Positions 37,591 to 51,554 of a stretch of 64,000 bases of DNA are shown here, one piece after another. How positions within the stretch are numbered: position 1 is the stretch's first letter; each line of letters starts with the position of its first letter. The stretch lies in contig OX597823.1 of assembly GCA_951406725.2 (NCBI GenBank), positions 99,448,001 to 99,512,000 of the forward strand, given 5' to 3'. The DNA comes from Octopus vulgaris. Lineage: Eukaryota. Below the pieces are notes generated by a model. That model did not search any database, was not told where the DNA came from, and was given only the letters and a program-made list of their open reading frames with translations. The position numbers and the translations under genes were made by a program.

Positions 37591-39229
37591 GTTTCAAGAG
37601 AATTCACATTTTTTCAGAATCACAAAAGACTTTAATTTTTAAAAGAAATTTTGTCTATAGGTAGGGAAAAAACTTCTAGAAGACTCTAGAAATTCTCAAA
37701 CACTAAGGAAAACTTGAGAACATATTTCTTGGTATGAAATTATTATTTTTATCTACAAAATAAGAAACACTACTGTCAAGACCGCAGCATTCCAGTCTAT
37801 GTTTTAATGGATCTTTTTTAAAATTTAAAGCCCAAAGTCAAAATGAAAAAATTTTCTTACCAAAAGACTTGGGATATAGAATTAATTTACAGCACCACTG
37901 ATTTAAATTAAATATTTTTTTTGTATTTAAAAAAATGGCTTCAGCACAAAAAGGACCACTGCAGTCACTTCCATGTTTTTAAGGTTTTAAGGGAGGATTA
38001 TTTTCAGTTTTTTTAAATGTGGTTCCCTTTTAGTTTGAGTGTTGTTAACAATTGCCACCACAAAGTTGTTTGCTTCTTCCTCCAACTAAGATGGAAATTT
38101 CAATATTTTAGACAGCTTTTGCTTACAGCATTCATCAGCAATTAATTTAGATTTGGATATCGTAACTCATATTCCAAATATGTGAACAAGCAAGAATATA
38201 TTTCCTCCTTTTTTCTCTGAAATATCACTTCTGTCTCTCTCTTCTAAACTACTATTCTGCCATTGGGTCATTTGGAGTCAGACTCAGATTTCTCATGGAG
38301 ATTTCTTACTTCTTTTGAAGATGTAAAAACAGATCACAATTGTGTTGCAAGATGCAATCGAAAGCAACTTGTTTACGTCTGTGATGGAAATGTTGTATGT
38401 ATGTTGTGTATTCTTCTTTACATCATTTTCTCCTCTTATCAGCAGAACTCTAAGATAGTAAGTGAAAATCTCAAGCGTTTAACAGCAGTAACATCATTTA
38501 CCGTTTGGTGGTGCAAAGTCCTATTGAGAAAAGGTGATGATATTCTGAGCATCACCATGCTCATGATGTTTGTTTTGCCTTCTTTGGTATTTGGCGTAAC
38601 ATGCCTCGACAGATGGTGAAAATACTTAACACTGTCATTGTTTGTAATAGCAGCATCATAAAATATTAGCTGGTGATTATTTTTTTGAAAGAAATATTGC
38701 TGTTTCGCATTAAAAGTATTTCTATATTGTTTAAATACTATACAGCAACAAACGCATATTGATAGTAAATAAATTGCCTTTGTCTGTTTTGTTTTATATG
38801 AATTGGAAATCTGTTTAATGTTAAATTGTAACATTAATATGGAAAACAAATCTGTACTTATATGCCTCTTTTTTTTATTTGTGTGAAAAGTGTTAAAATT
38901 ATCTGATTAATCAATAAATGAATGTTATTGACATCATTTCTAATGTCCAAAATATTTGCTAGAACCTGAAAGTAACTAATATTAAATGCTATTAGTCATA
39001 ACTAAAATAAGAAATACTTTTCATTTTAGCTTTATATTTGATTGTAAAGTGTTAAGAAAAGCCTTAAACATAATGATAAGATATTTGAAATAAAAAGCCT
39101 AGTATCTGCCTGTAAGATAACCAAACAAAATTTGCAAAATATACAACCCATAATAATATAGGAAAAAGAAATGTTAAAAAAAACACAACAAATTATATCA
39201 ACATTTTTTCCTAAAGAATTAAGTCCCCA

Positions 39230-39230
<1 letters not shown>

Positions 39231-39290
<60 letters not shown>
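39231..39290. repeat. (TTTC)n microsatellite
   Basis: Directly visible. Confidence 0.95.
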
Positions 39291-39296
<6 letters not shown>

Positions 39297-39554
39297 TTTC
39301 TCCCCTCCCCCTCTCTATATATATTGCTCTTGTATTTTTATATATATATTTTCCAGTACCTTTCAAATTCAAATAGTTGGAATGCTAACTATTTTCTTGA
39401 TGAAATATCTGATGCAAACTGAATAATAAGCATGAATTACAAGGCTAATATAAAAATGGTGAATGTTTTCAGCCCAGGAAAGCTTCAATGCGTTTGTTCT
39501 CAGTAAATCCCCAAAAGATTCAAGAAAATACTTCAACATCCAGAAAATACAGAC

Positions 39555-40205
39555 AAGATGGCTCAGATTTTCTATGGAAATTATAAACCAGCCCTGATTT
39601 GTTATGATGTTTTGTCTCCAAATACATCTAATGTAAACAACAATCTGATTGAAGATGGGAAAATAGGTGTATATGCATATTCCAGGAATTACCTTACAGG
39701 TAGTTAATATATACATACCAGTTGTCAGAATTGAGTTTAATGTGTAAAATTGGTATATCCAACAGTGGCATATGGTGGTTGTTGCACTGGGTGTGCTGCC
39801 ACACCCAATGCCACCAAATTTTCAGCAGGGGTATAACGAAAGTTTTCCATTAGAATTTGTGATTAAACTAATGAATAAGTGTGATTAAATTAGTATTTAT
39901 AATGAATTTGCTATTTTCAATGGGGTGCAGCACACACCTAGCACACCTGGAATATAAACCCCTGATATTCAATAATGTTACACTGCTATATTCAGTGACT
40001 ATTTAAGCTATTAGTTCATGAATGGTTAATGGATTGAATGTGGTGCTGAGGAAAGAGCAAGAACACCTGAAATATGTATATACATCTATTATTTTTCCAT
40101 CTTTGATCTCATTGTTGTTTACATTAGACGTATTTGTATATGAAACATTGTAACAAATCAGTGATGGTAGCAATTTCTGTAGAAAAACTGTTGAGATAAT
40201 CTTAA
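39555..40205. repeat. Old fold-back with ~125-bp inverted arms
   Basis: 39562-39685 is the diverged reverse complement of 40066-40195 (shared ctgatttgtta..aaatac.tctaatgtaaacaacaat..aagatgg.aaaata). Confidence 0.8.
39763..39964. mobile_element. hAT-type MITE
   Basis: Termini CAGTGG and CCCCTG, with subterminal gggtgtgctgc/gcagcacac motifs. The 8-bp TSD reads ATATCCAA / ATATTCAA (7 of 8 match). Confidence 0.75.
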
Positions 40206-41985
40206 CAAGTGATTTAATATTAGTGCAATCCCTGCAGGACACAGCATTGACTTATAAAAGCATTTAATATACTTTGTAGTATGTTATGGTTGTACAACAA
40301 AATATGGTGTTGTTACAAATAATTAATATAATGAAAATAAGTTTGTATGAGGCAGAGACATGGAGTCAATCAGAGAATTTGGAGAGAAGCAGGAAAGAGT
40401 GAATTCAAAGCAGCATGGTGGTAATTGTAGAATTAGCAGTGGATAATAATAAAATGGGTCAAAGGTTGTGTGTTTGCAAGTGTAAACTTGCAGATCAGTT
40501 GCATAATTTGTGTTTCGTTGTTGCCAAGCTTCTTCTATATTTATGTAGTGAATGCATTATCCTTGATGTGAAAGTAAAGTGAGATATATTTATTTTATTC
40601 AAAATAGGAACAGATGTGATTGTAAATATTTGAGGAACTGTGGAATTCACTCACTTATGACAGTAATATTAGGCCCTAAATAATTCCCTTCAGTAAAGTT
40701 ACCCCTAAAACGGCATTTGATACTCTTTTCAGAATTTATATCTAAATAAGAATTTCGTAAAAAATTGATTAATGGTGTTTTCTATTTAATGTTTTTTTTT
40801 ATCCTTCTTTTTAAACCCTTCATCTATCAAGATAATTATAATTATATGTATGCATATTTTAAATTTGTCCTATTTCATTAGCAAACATTTACCCCCCACC
40901 ACCACCACCACCACAAAAAATGGCATTAATATATATTTTAACTAAACAATATTGTATTTCTTCTGCTTTGGGAGTATGTTAAGGCACTTTTTTCTTCACA
41001 ATCTTTGTGAAATAGTCTTAATAAGACCTAAAAATAAAAATAATCTTATTTTACATAAAAAAAAAAAAACTCAAAATTTCTTTAGATATTGAATTGTCAA
41101 TGATAAACAATTGGAATCTGCAATCCTTACTGAAATAATTCATCTTTAATTACTTGTTATGAAGAATTTGTTGAATTTGGTAGAAATTTTTGAAAAATAT
41201 ATACTAAAAGATATTTGTAATAAAATGTAACTTTTCCTTTTTGCAACAATATAGAAAAGAATGAAGTTTAGCATTATTCTTGGTTGGTTCTATTTGACTA
41301 GTCCCTCGGCAGTTTCCATAGAATCTATTTGTTACTTAATACCCCATTTTAATGCAGGTTAAAGCTACATGTTTTTGGTTACTTGCCAATAATCATTTTC
41401 TATTGATCAGATTCTTCTATCCTGCTTGGTTTTGGTGCAATGCACACTTACATTTAGCATTTACATTTATTAATGCCTTACCACACAAGTGTTATAGATC
41501 AACATCAGCAGCAGAAAACCAACAGCATTTTTGTTCCAGATTTTTAAATAAGACTTGATGATACATTCTAAAATATGAATTCTATTGTGAACATTTTAGC
41601 TCTCTTTTTATTTTCATAACGAATTTGTTTCGTGTAGTTTTCATGATTTAAAAATGTATTTCATCCTCCAATACTCGGCACTGCAATGATTTCGTTTATT
41701 TATATGCAGATATTTATAGTTTTCAGTATTGGTTGAATAATTCTATAAAATTGAGATATTTCTTAAATTGTTGGAATTTACATCTAGATCTGCCAATTAA
41801 CATTAATCACTTAACCATGAAATGGTTGTGGTTCTGATCCCCACCCCAACTATGCTAGATTGGCAAATGGATGTAAAATAAATATTAAATGAAGCAAGAA
41901 TTGTGCTCTGCCCTGGGGCACAAGATAATGCCAGTTGCAATAATTAAATGCATGACCTTTATCTTATTTCTTATGCACACACACA

Positions 41986-42195
41986 CACAGGGGGTGCTGA
42001 AAAGTTTCTGGCTTTGGGTAAAAGAAAATACAAGAAGATCAGTTAATTATGATTTTATTCAACATATTCCTCTCTTAGATTCACACACTTATTGCAGTGG
42101 TCTTTCAGTTTTTTGTAAGCCCTATAAAAGAACTTGGAAGGTTGGCCCTCCAACCAGGCCTTTCATGATGCCAGGAACTTTTCAGTACCTTCTTG
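41986..42195 (-). mobile_element. Mariner-derived MITE (internal deletion derivative)
   Basis: TIRs GGGGTGCTGAAAAGTTTCTGGC and GCCAGGAACTTTTCAGTACC. It keeps the transposase end KLKDHCNKCVNLRGICx (cf. KCV..xGxYVE). Confidence 0.8.
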
Positions 42196-42479
42196 TATAT
42201 ATCTTCACCACCACCACCACCACCACCACCACCACCACCATCATCATCATTTAATGTCCATTCCCCATGCTCACATGGGTTGGATGGCTTGGCAGAAACT
42301 GGCAAAAAACCAAGGCCTGCACCAGCTTCCATAGTCTCCTTTGGCATGGTTCCTATGGTTGGATGCCCTTCCTAATGCCAACCACTTTACAAAGTGCATA
42401 ATGGGTGCTTTTTATGTGACTCCATCACCAGCACCCACACCACTGCTATTACATGGCATCTTGGTTTTAGGATGCATAT

Positions 42480-43347
42480 ATATATATTTGTGTATAGGTA
42501 TATTTGCATATATATATATAATTAATGAAAGAAATTGTTGTATACAGCTAAGAAAAAAAAAGCCATCAGGTGTACTGTTGGAAAATTTCCAGAAGCATGG
42601 AATTTTGAAGGATGTAGTGTCTCAACAGCTATCAACTGATGCAAGAAGTTTATTTCATGCTTCAACAATTCTGAGCATGAAAAAATGTTTCCAAAAGTCA
42701 TGGGCACTATGTATTTTTTTGATTTTATAAGCATGTCCGTGAGTGTTTGTCAATGGAATTCAAAAAGGTGCCCAAGGTTGTTGTTGGAAAGATGGTGGAT
42801 AATCTTGTGGGTGTCTACCAAGTCAGTTGCTAGATGTCGAATCTTCAATGTGTCCATGCCCTGGGAAGCAAGATGTTCAGAGTTTGGCAGATGCCTGACA
42901 GTGAGTATTCGTTTTGTTACACATTTCTGAACAGTTACCAGGAGATTTATCTGCTGAGCATGATAGGGGTTCCAGACTGGTGATGTAAATTCCAAGTGTT
43001 GATGTACTATTGTCATATACAATTTTAAATAGGTAGCTGGAGAATGGCTGACAAAGGTCTTACTGAGTGATGCTGACAACCCCTCAGCCTTCTTGATAAC
43101 CTTAGAGATGTGGTTTGTCCAGTGCAGATCATTGTTTACAATAATGCTCAGATCACGTCTTCTAGAAGACCTCATGAGATTGGTGTTCCTGAGGGAGCAT
43201 GTAAAGGTTGGATTCTTCCTCCCAAAATGCACGGTGATGCACTTGTCCACAGCTAGCTTGAGTTGCCAGTCAGAGATCCATTGCTGCAGTATGTCTAGGT
43301 CTGATTTCTGGAAAGGTCTATACTGCATAGGATCTGTTCTTTTTATA
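42480..43347 (-). mobile_element. CR1-group LINE 3' fragment
   Basis: Reads DLDILQQWISDWQLKLAVDKC, RDLSIIV..L.W..HI..VIKKA, LEFTSPVWNPY..VQK and FFMLRIVEA*NKL, which are CR1-type ORF2 C-terminal motifs. Confidence 0.88.
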
Positions 43348-43348
43348 G

Positions 43349-43424
<76 letters not shown>

Positions 43425-46400
43425 GTATATGTTTATATATACACATATATATGTGTATATAAAAAGAACAGATCCTATGCAATATAGACCTTTCCAGAAA
43501 TGAGACCTGGACATATTACAGAGGGAGTGTTGATGCTTCTGTTAGCTCACCTTATATACACACACACACCCTTATCATCTACTTTCTCTTCCAGGTATTG
43601 ATATTGATCGTTGCTGCCTGCTCTCTTCCAGGCTTTTTAAAGTCTTCCATTTATGGTTCTATCTACAATGTTCTTTCACCTCTTTCATTTCGTTGGTTCC
43701 TTGCTCTCAGTTGTCCTCTTATAAGCTTTTGTCACACATCTCATCTGGAATCTTTCTGACCCTGTTTTTAGTTGAATTTTTCACTTTCCATATCTTTCTT
43801 TGTTTGTCTAGCTCTTACTCTGAAGTCACTAATCACCTGTCTGTCCAACTTATGAGAGAGTATGAAATGTATCTAATTGACAGGTGACCAAATAGTTGGA
43901 TGATTTTCTGACGATGGTTTTGCAGAGAGCTTGTTTGCATCGTGGAACTCCAGAAGCCTTGATTCTTCTTCATAACTCCTAACATATCCAAACTACAATA
44001 TAGTAACCTACTACTCAACATGCCAACTGTGAGAACAAAGTCACTCTCATTTGTTATCAAGGGTTCCATAAGAGGGCTTCACAGAGAGTCCTTATGTTTA
44101 TTTGTCTGACTGTGGGGCATAAGCAGTGATAACAACTTTTATTGCATTGCTTATAAATAATCTAAGCTTAATTTCGTTGTTGCATATTCTGCCTTAATTA
44201 CTTTACCGTTTTCCTTCTCCACCAACAATATTTACACTTCACACACCCCCAGCGTTGTTACCTAGCCAGAAGAGTTTACACTTGTGTTCTTTGCTTGTTA
44301 GAATTTCGTCTGAGTCTCCTCTTTCTCTGACCTCTTCTGCACAGTTCACATCTATTTCTCTCTACTCTCACATCTCTACAATCTTATGTTTCATTGTAGA
44401 AACATGGATGAAGACAGCTGTCAAGAATTTTATCTCACAAGAAGAAAATATCGGGTGGGTGGGGGTGGGGGTGCCGTTTAGAGTCTGTTTTCTTCACCTG
44501 AGAAAAAGTGTGCAATCCCTGGATGGCAGTCAAGGAGTTTTCACACATAATCGCCTGTTTCTATCAAACCACTCTACTATAGTGTACAATATTGACATGG
44601 TAAATGTTAGTTACATATATGCAGTTAAGGCTTTGTTTTATTTTTGGCTGTGATGATCTTTACTGGATGATCTTCCAGTCACTAGGGGCATTTTACAATC
44701 CCATCAGCTCTAACAATATCCCCCCTCAACATTCTGTTAATTTTTTCTTGGTGATACTGTTCTCCTATGTTTGTTGCTTTTACAGCAGTTGCAAAGTCTG
44801 CATTCTCTCTCTCCATAGGTCTTTATTCAAACTTACTAATTACGTAGTTTATTGAACAGGCTCTAAGAGTAGAGACTCTCTAGCTACAAGTTAAATGGAG
44901 AGAGAGTGTCATCTGGTAAAATTGAACAAATTACAAAATTAAATCAAATGTAAATTCATAAACTTGTTAAAATCACAGAGAAAATAATGAAAGAATACTC
45001 TTTTATCTGTTTTTGAATAAATTGATTGCTTTGCAAGGCATAATTAGTGTGTTAAATCTATTAAACAATGCATTAAGGATTTGGTGAATGTTATTAGTAT
45101 TATTATTGATGACCATTTTTGAATCACTCAATTCTACAGGGTTAGGAGCCATCTGTAAACTTTAGTTATAATCTTTATTGCTTGAAACTATATTGTCAAT
45201 AGTTCGAAGAAGCAAAGTAAATGGATTTAGCCATTCTCCAGCAGCAGTTTGTTGGAGGCAAAAATGTTGACCCCTGCTGGTTTTTAGAGTGAGAATAGTT
45301 ACAAAATGGTATTGAAAATTGTCATGGAATGATGTCCTGTTAGTAATATGCTTTTATTTTTATTCTTTATTTTGTCTTTCAACCCTAAGGTTCCTCTCAA
45401 TGACCTTTGGTGCAATGTCATTCAAAAAGGTAGCTTGGGGGATTTAGGGAGGGAGTTTCTCCAGGTCAGGGCTACTTCTTTTCTACAATGAGAAGTCACA
45501 GGAAAGAATTGCAAGATGGATTCTTCAATCCAGCAGCTGACCTAGGGATAGACCAAGAAAGAAACGGTTGGACAATATTCATAGTTCTAGGTGGCCATGC
45601 TTGAGAATCCAGTCTGAAAATCTAATGATGGTTGATTCTAGGAGGACTGGAATCAGCTTTCTAGGAATTATAGGCAGAGAAGATACATGGATGGGTTTTC
45701 AACTGTAAAGTTCTTCTCTTTCTGATTTTGGCACAGTTTTGAGGGGAGGGGGAAAGTCGATTACATTGACACTAGAATTTGACTGGTGCTTATTTTATCA
45801 ACGCTGAATAGCAAAGTCAGCTTCTGTGGAATTCGAACTCAGAGCATAAAGAGCTGGAAGAGATGCTGCTGAGTATTTTTTTTCCCAACTGTTAATGATT
45901 CTGCCACCATTTCCCAACAATAAATAAAAGTGATTTAGGCCTCCAGATGTGTGTTTTTTAACTGGGAAAGATGAGTGATTGCTAAAGTTAGTGTTTTATG
46001 GCTTGCTGTAACAACCATGAGTTACTTTAGATGTTTTGCAAACAACTTGCACATGCAAGGGCTACCAGTTGGAGGCCTTGCATGCCGGAAGCCAGCAAAT
46101 GTATGGGGTCATCAGGAGAGAGTGCATGCTGTTTCAGAGCCTACCTCTGAAGGCTTTTACATCTGGTGGGACAAAGTAACCATGACTAGTATAAAGTAGC
46201 ATCATCATCGTCATCATCATCATTGTCGTCATCGTCGTTGTCATCATTTAGCATCTGTTTTCCATGATAGCATGTGTTGGACTGTTTGACAGGATCAGAC
46301 AAGCTGCAGGACTGTGTCAAGCTCCTGTGTCATCTTTCACCCAATTACTACAGCTGGATCTCCTTCCTAATGTCAACCACTTCACAGTGTGTACTGTGGG

Positions 46401-47359
46401 TGCTTTTTACAACATGCCATTGACACTGGTGAGGGCACCAAGTAACTTGAAAGATGGAAAAAGAACAGGGGAAAAGGCCCCATAACTAAGTGGGTGAGTG
46501 GGGAGGTAGCTTTATGCTAGGAGTTGAGTAATTAAAGTATGATAGAGGGATGAGCAAGCACAGGTGTCTTCTTATAGAGGAGACACATGGCTACCCATAG
46601 AGGTGGTTGGGAGTAGCTCTAACTCTAATCCTAAGTTAGTAGTGATATATGTGTGTGTGTGTTTATGTATGTACATATGTATGTGTGTGTGTAGGTGTTT
46701 GTGTGAGTGAGTTCGTATTTCTTCTTGTTCCCATGTGTGTTTGTTGGCTGTAAACAAAAGGCTCATTGAAAAGGTGTCGTTTGTTTCCAGTTCTCCGCAT
46801 AGCCATGCTCAGCTGGTAATTTTGTTCAATAGATTGGAGATTATTACCTCACTTGGAAACAGTTGACTTCAGGAAGGACATCCTACCCTAACATACTCTT
46901 GTCTGACCCATGCATGTATGGAAGTGTAGGGGATAAATGATGACAATGATGAAAATGTTCTTTTCCAAATTTTGGCCCATTTCAGTTGAGAGTCAAAACT
47001 AACACATTTTATTTCTCTGTCTCTCTCTCTCTTTCTCTTTCTCTCTCTCTCTTTCTCTGTTTTTTCCCTTCTTTCTTTTGAGGTTGGAAACTTTCTAATC
47101 ACTGCTCTGCATATTGGTCAATTATATGTATAACTTACTTTGATGAGCTGTATATTTCAGTGGGTAACAGGCTCAAATTATCCTTCAGCAGGATGAAAAC
47201 AGTAAAACTTTTAAACAGGGTTTGAACCAGTGATGTTGGTAATAACTATTCATGCACTGTTACCTCTGGGCCAGAGATGCACCTATTAAACTCTTTCCTT
47301 ATGTTTCTATTCATTTATCATTATTGTGTAAAAAAAACCCCCAAAAACCTAGCACAGTA

Positions 47360-47752
47360 AGGGGCAGACTTGGATGTGTGGTTAAGAGCTTCACTCCCTG
47401 TCCTTATGGTTTGGGGTTCAGTTTCACCTTATGGCACTCCTACTATAACTCCAAGCTGACCAAAAGTCTTGTAAGTAGATTTAGTAGACAGAAACTTAAA
47501 AGCTTCTTGTGTGTGTGTGTGTGTGTGTGTTTGTCTTGACTTCATGTAATAGTCGTAAATGAGTGTCACCATCATCCAAGTGGTGTTGTTTCCATTTTGT
47601 AGTGAAAAACATATCTGCTTGCAGAGAAATATCACCTTGCTTGGAATCAGATGAAAGTTGGTGACAGAAAAGATATTTAGCCATTGAAAATCTATGTCTG
47701 TAAATTCCATCAGAGCCATTTAAGCATAGAAAAGTGGATGTCAAAACGATTT
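47360..47752 (+). mobile_element. tRNA-head SINE with RTE-like tail (type B)
   Basis: Same modular layout as 19561-20022. Confidence 0.7.
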
Positions 47753-47794
47753 GCATGAAAACTCAACAGGATTAAGTCTTGTATAAGTTAGAGA

Positions 47795-49530
47795 TACACC
47801 AAGATTTACAAATGGATAAAAGCAACAACACAACTAATGTGTACAGCTTCTTTGTCAAATACATTTTCCACATTTTCTGACACCATGCAGAATATAGTTG
47901 AACATTATTATTTATGTTGGCATTGAAGAAGAAACCACTGAAGATAATTTCCTTGCTAAAGGCAGAATTTCCTGGGGCAAATTTGCTTCTCTAATTGCAG
48001 ATGGAGCTGCATTCTGTCAGTTGTAATGGTTCACATGAAACAAATTTCTCTTTGTATTTCCACTCACTGTATTATTCACAGGGATGCATTAACTGGAAAA
48101 AAAGAAGCAAAAGCTAAGTAAATGAAAGGAGAAAGTCAACTTGAGAAACTATTTGATGATGTTACAACATCAACAAGACAAGTGTGTCTAATCAGATAGA
48201 AATACGTTCAAAACAATCTCATATACAAGGTCTGATCAATAAGTATCCGGACTGGTGCTATAAAAACTAAACTACAATACCAATTTGGCATTTAATCTCC
48301 TTCAAAGTAATCCCCTTTGGAAGCCACACACTTAATCCAGTGCTGTTTCCATTGATGGAAGCATTCCTGGGACTCGTTTTCTGGGATAATCAGCAGCTGC
48401 CTAGTGGCATTCATTTCGATTTCCTCAACGTCCTGAAATCTTCTTCCTTTCAAGCGGGATTTGATTTTTGGAGAGAGGAAAAAGTCGCAAGGGGTGAGAT
48501 CTGGGTAATACGGTGGTTGTTGGAGCTGGGGAATGCCATGTCTAGCCAAAAACTGCTGCACTGAATGGGCAGGTGTGTTGTCATGGTGCAATTGCTACTC
48601 ACTGGGAGCATGCAATTGTGGCCTTTTCCATTGAATAGCATCTTGCAAATGCTGCTAAATGTCATGGGGAGTGTTCCTGGTTTCCTCTCTGACCAGGTGG
48701 AGCAGACTCATGATGAACAATCTCCTTATAATTGAAGAAAACGGTCAACAGTGCCTTCACATTACAGTCATGGAGAGGTTGGGGCCTTCCACTGTGAAAA
48801 CTGAGCCCTTGTTTCTGGGTCATAGCCATAGACCCACGATTCATCACACGTTATGACCGTTTTCAAAAAGTTTTCATCTTTCTCAACACAAAGAGATTTT
48901 GTTTAACTGAAACCTGAGTGAATTTTGGTCTGCTGAAAGCAGTTTTAGCACAAACTTGGTAGATACATGTCTCATACCTAAATATTTTTCAGTGTAATAG
49001 ACTGAGCTGTAATTAATCTGCATATCCCCTGATAATTTACAGATGGTGATTTGACGATTTCTCCTCACAGCTGCACACACATCTGTGATATTTTTCTCAG
49101 TCCTTCTAGTTGTGGGTCTCCCAGAACGTTTGTCACTATTGACAATTTTTTGGCTATCTTGGAAATGTCTAAAACACTCGTACACTTGTGTACAGCTCAT
49201 ACACTCTTCTCCATACACTTTCTGCAACTTTGCACAGGCCTCTGAGCAAGTATTACTAAGCTTTTGGCAAAATTTGATGCAGATTCTCTGCTCAACTTTC
49301 TCTGTCATGGTCAATGCCATGATCACATGCTACACACCTTCCTTCCAAGCACTGCTGTAAACAGCAGAAGTGAGCTAGAATGTTAAAACTTATTGTGCAT
49401 GTACAACAGAGTCCAAGGTCAATCTGTGCCAAGCAGCTTCACTCTGCATGCTTTAACTTTGTTACTATGGCAACAGTCCAGATATTTATTGATCAGACCA
49501 CGTATTTCAAGGGCTTTATGAAGATATAAA
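47795..49530 (+). mobile_element. Decayed hAT (Buster/Charlie-like) transposase split by a mariner insertion
   Basis: Reads LQMDKS..FVKYI, ADGAA and STHCIIHRDALTGKK, then LEKLFDDV, and SHI/FQGLYEDI across the mariner. Confidence 0.75.
48226..49502 (-). mobile_element. Full-length decayed mariner element
   Basis: TIRs CAAGGTCTGATCAATAAGTATCCGGACTG and CAGTCCAGATATTTATTGATCAGACCACG with TA TSDs. ORF pieces read EQRICIKFC, RSGRP, HHDNTPAH, PPYYPDLTPCDFFL and KCVASKGDYFEGD. Confidence 0.95.
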
Positions 49531-51119
49531 ATAATATAGTTTTTTTTTAATAAGGCAAAGCTAAATGGAAAAAAATATACATCTCTATACATATTCTTTC
49601 TAGAATCAAGTTCAAGGGTTATTTTTATAGCTTTCTATAATGTTTAGGATAATATCATGAAAAATAGGACCACCGAATTTTCTCACATACTTTGACTTAT
49701 TGGTCAGTTAAAAAATATTTCATGGTTTTCGGTTAGCCAAGATTGAGAATTAGACATTTTGTTTCTTTCTGCTTTGCTTTATTCTTGTTTGTTTAGGGAA
49801 TTCTAACCTCATTTTGGTTCTTTTTCCATCTCTCTAGCCTAATGAGCTTTATGGAAATTTTGAGAAATACCAACAAAGACATTCAGATCACAAGTGAATC
49901 AAAGACGGAGAAACAAAGTCTAAATCTGGTTATTGCTGAGATTTCTATTCAATGATATCAATTTCCTAAAAAAGTCTTGCTCAAGCCTATATGTACATCT
50001 GCAAATGCCTGGTCAATCTTGTCTGATAGAGACCCTAAGAAGAATTAATTGTGAATTGGTTTCTACAAACTTAAAATGTTGTTTGCTCATATTTCTCAGA
50101 ATTACTATTGCTGCTTTTATAAAGGTGGTAGAGTGACAAAAATGGTAGTGAGTTGATAGAATATAGAAGCAAAGAGCTTTTACTATTTTCATCCTCACTA
50201 TGTTGCTGGGATCAACTTTGTCTCTCATCCCTCCAGTAAGTGGGTATCAGGTATGTCCTGATTCAACTGAGACAACCTTCTTCTATCGTTGTGCAAATTT
50301 CTTTTAAGTGAGAAAAACCATTATTTTTAATTGAATGATAAATTGCCAGGACAGCAGCATCAAATGCTTGGCAGTATTTTTTATTGGATTCTTTTACATT
50401 TGGATTCTATTTTAACAGCTGCATCCTTTCCTAAACACCAAACATTCAACTTCAATGACAGAACTTAATCCATTTGTCTGTTTGTTTGGTAGGGCAGTGA
50501 GTTTGCTATTCATTTTCTTACAGATACACTGCAATGCTATCAGAATCTGTTGAATTTTCACTTGACATAAATCTGGACAATAATACCAATGACCAAGACT
50601 GAAATTAGTCTTATTCTATAACTTTCACAGATCTTAATGCTGTTAATTGTTATATAACAATGGAACTTTTATGATTTTATGTCACAAAAAAATTTTTAAA
50701 ATGAATGTATTGACAATGAAACAAGTTGTATTTTTTTATCTTCTGACAATGAAACATAAACATTTTTACGAGAATAAAGCTTTCCTTTCTATGCGAGTGT
50801 AGTTGTTATTGTTGCTTAAAGATTACAGCCATTTTCCGTCCTTTCAATACTTCATTGCATATTATGATTTAGAAAGTAGGTCACACACAGATTTAAAAAT
50901 AGAAACGATTGTTGATGTTTTTGTTTATTGTTTTCCCAAGAACTGTCAGTAGGTTATCATAACAGATTCATAACTGGCACTGAATTGAGAAATGACTCTG
51001 AGTGATGTTTTGATTATGCCACCAGTGTTGTTCGGTTGATTGTCACAAGCCACCTCGGTTCTTCACAAGATGTTTCAATGCTAAGAGTAGCAGTAAAATT
51101 GATAGATTATTAACAATAA

Positions 51120-51490
51120 TTCTATTGTAGTCACAAGGCTTGAAAATTTGTGGGAGAGCAATAATCAATTTTGTTAACCCCAGTGCGTAACTGGTACTTA
51201 TTTTATTGACCTTGGAAAGATCAAAGGCAAAGTTAACCTTGGCAGCATTTAAACTGAGAACACAAAGAGACAAATGAAATGCTGCCAAGCATTTTGTCTG
51301 CTGTGCCAAGGATTCTGCCAGCTTGCCTTAGTTTCAATAACCCTTTCTACTATAGAGAACAAGGTCTGAAATTTTCAGGGAAGGGAACTGGTCGATTAGA
51401 TTGACCCCAGTGTTTCACTGGTACTTAATGTATTGACCCTGAAAGGATGAAAGGCAAAGTCGACCTCGGCAGAATTTGAACTCAGAACAT
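51120..51490 (-). mobile_element. Two tandem copies of a further tRNA-derived SINE family (also at 45745-45908, 59185-59350, 62345-62578)
   Basis: Recurrent ccccagtg..ctggtactt..gaccctgaaaggatgaaaggcaaagtcgacctcggc.gaatttgaactc, with a B-box on the minus strand. Confidence 0.8.
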
Positions 51491-51517
51491 AGTGGTTGGC
51501 TTTAGGAACGGCATCCA

Positions 51518-51554
<37 letters not shown>

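Noticed and set aside
38263-38849. Opposing 118-aa and 136-aa ORFs
   Set aside because: No recognisable domain and no convincing exon structure.
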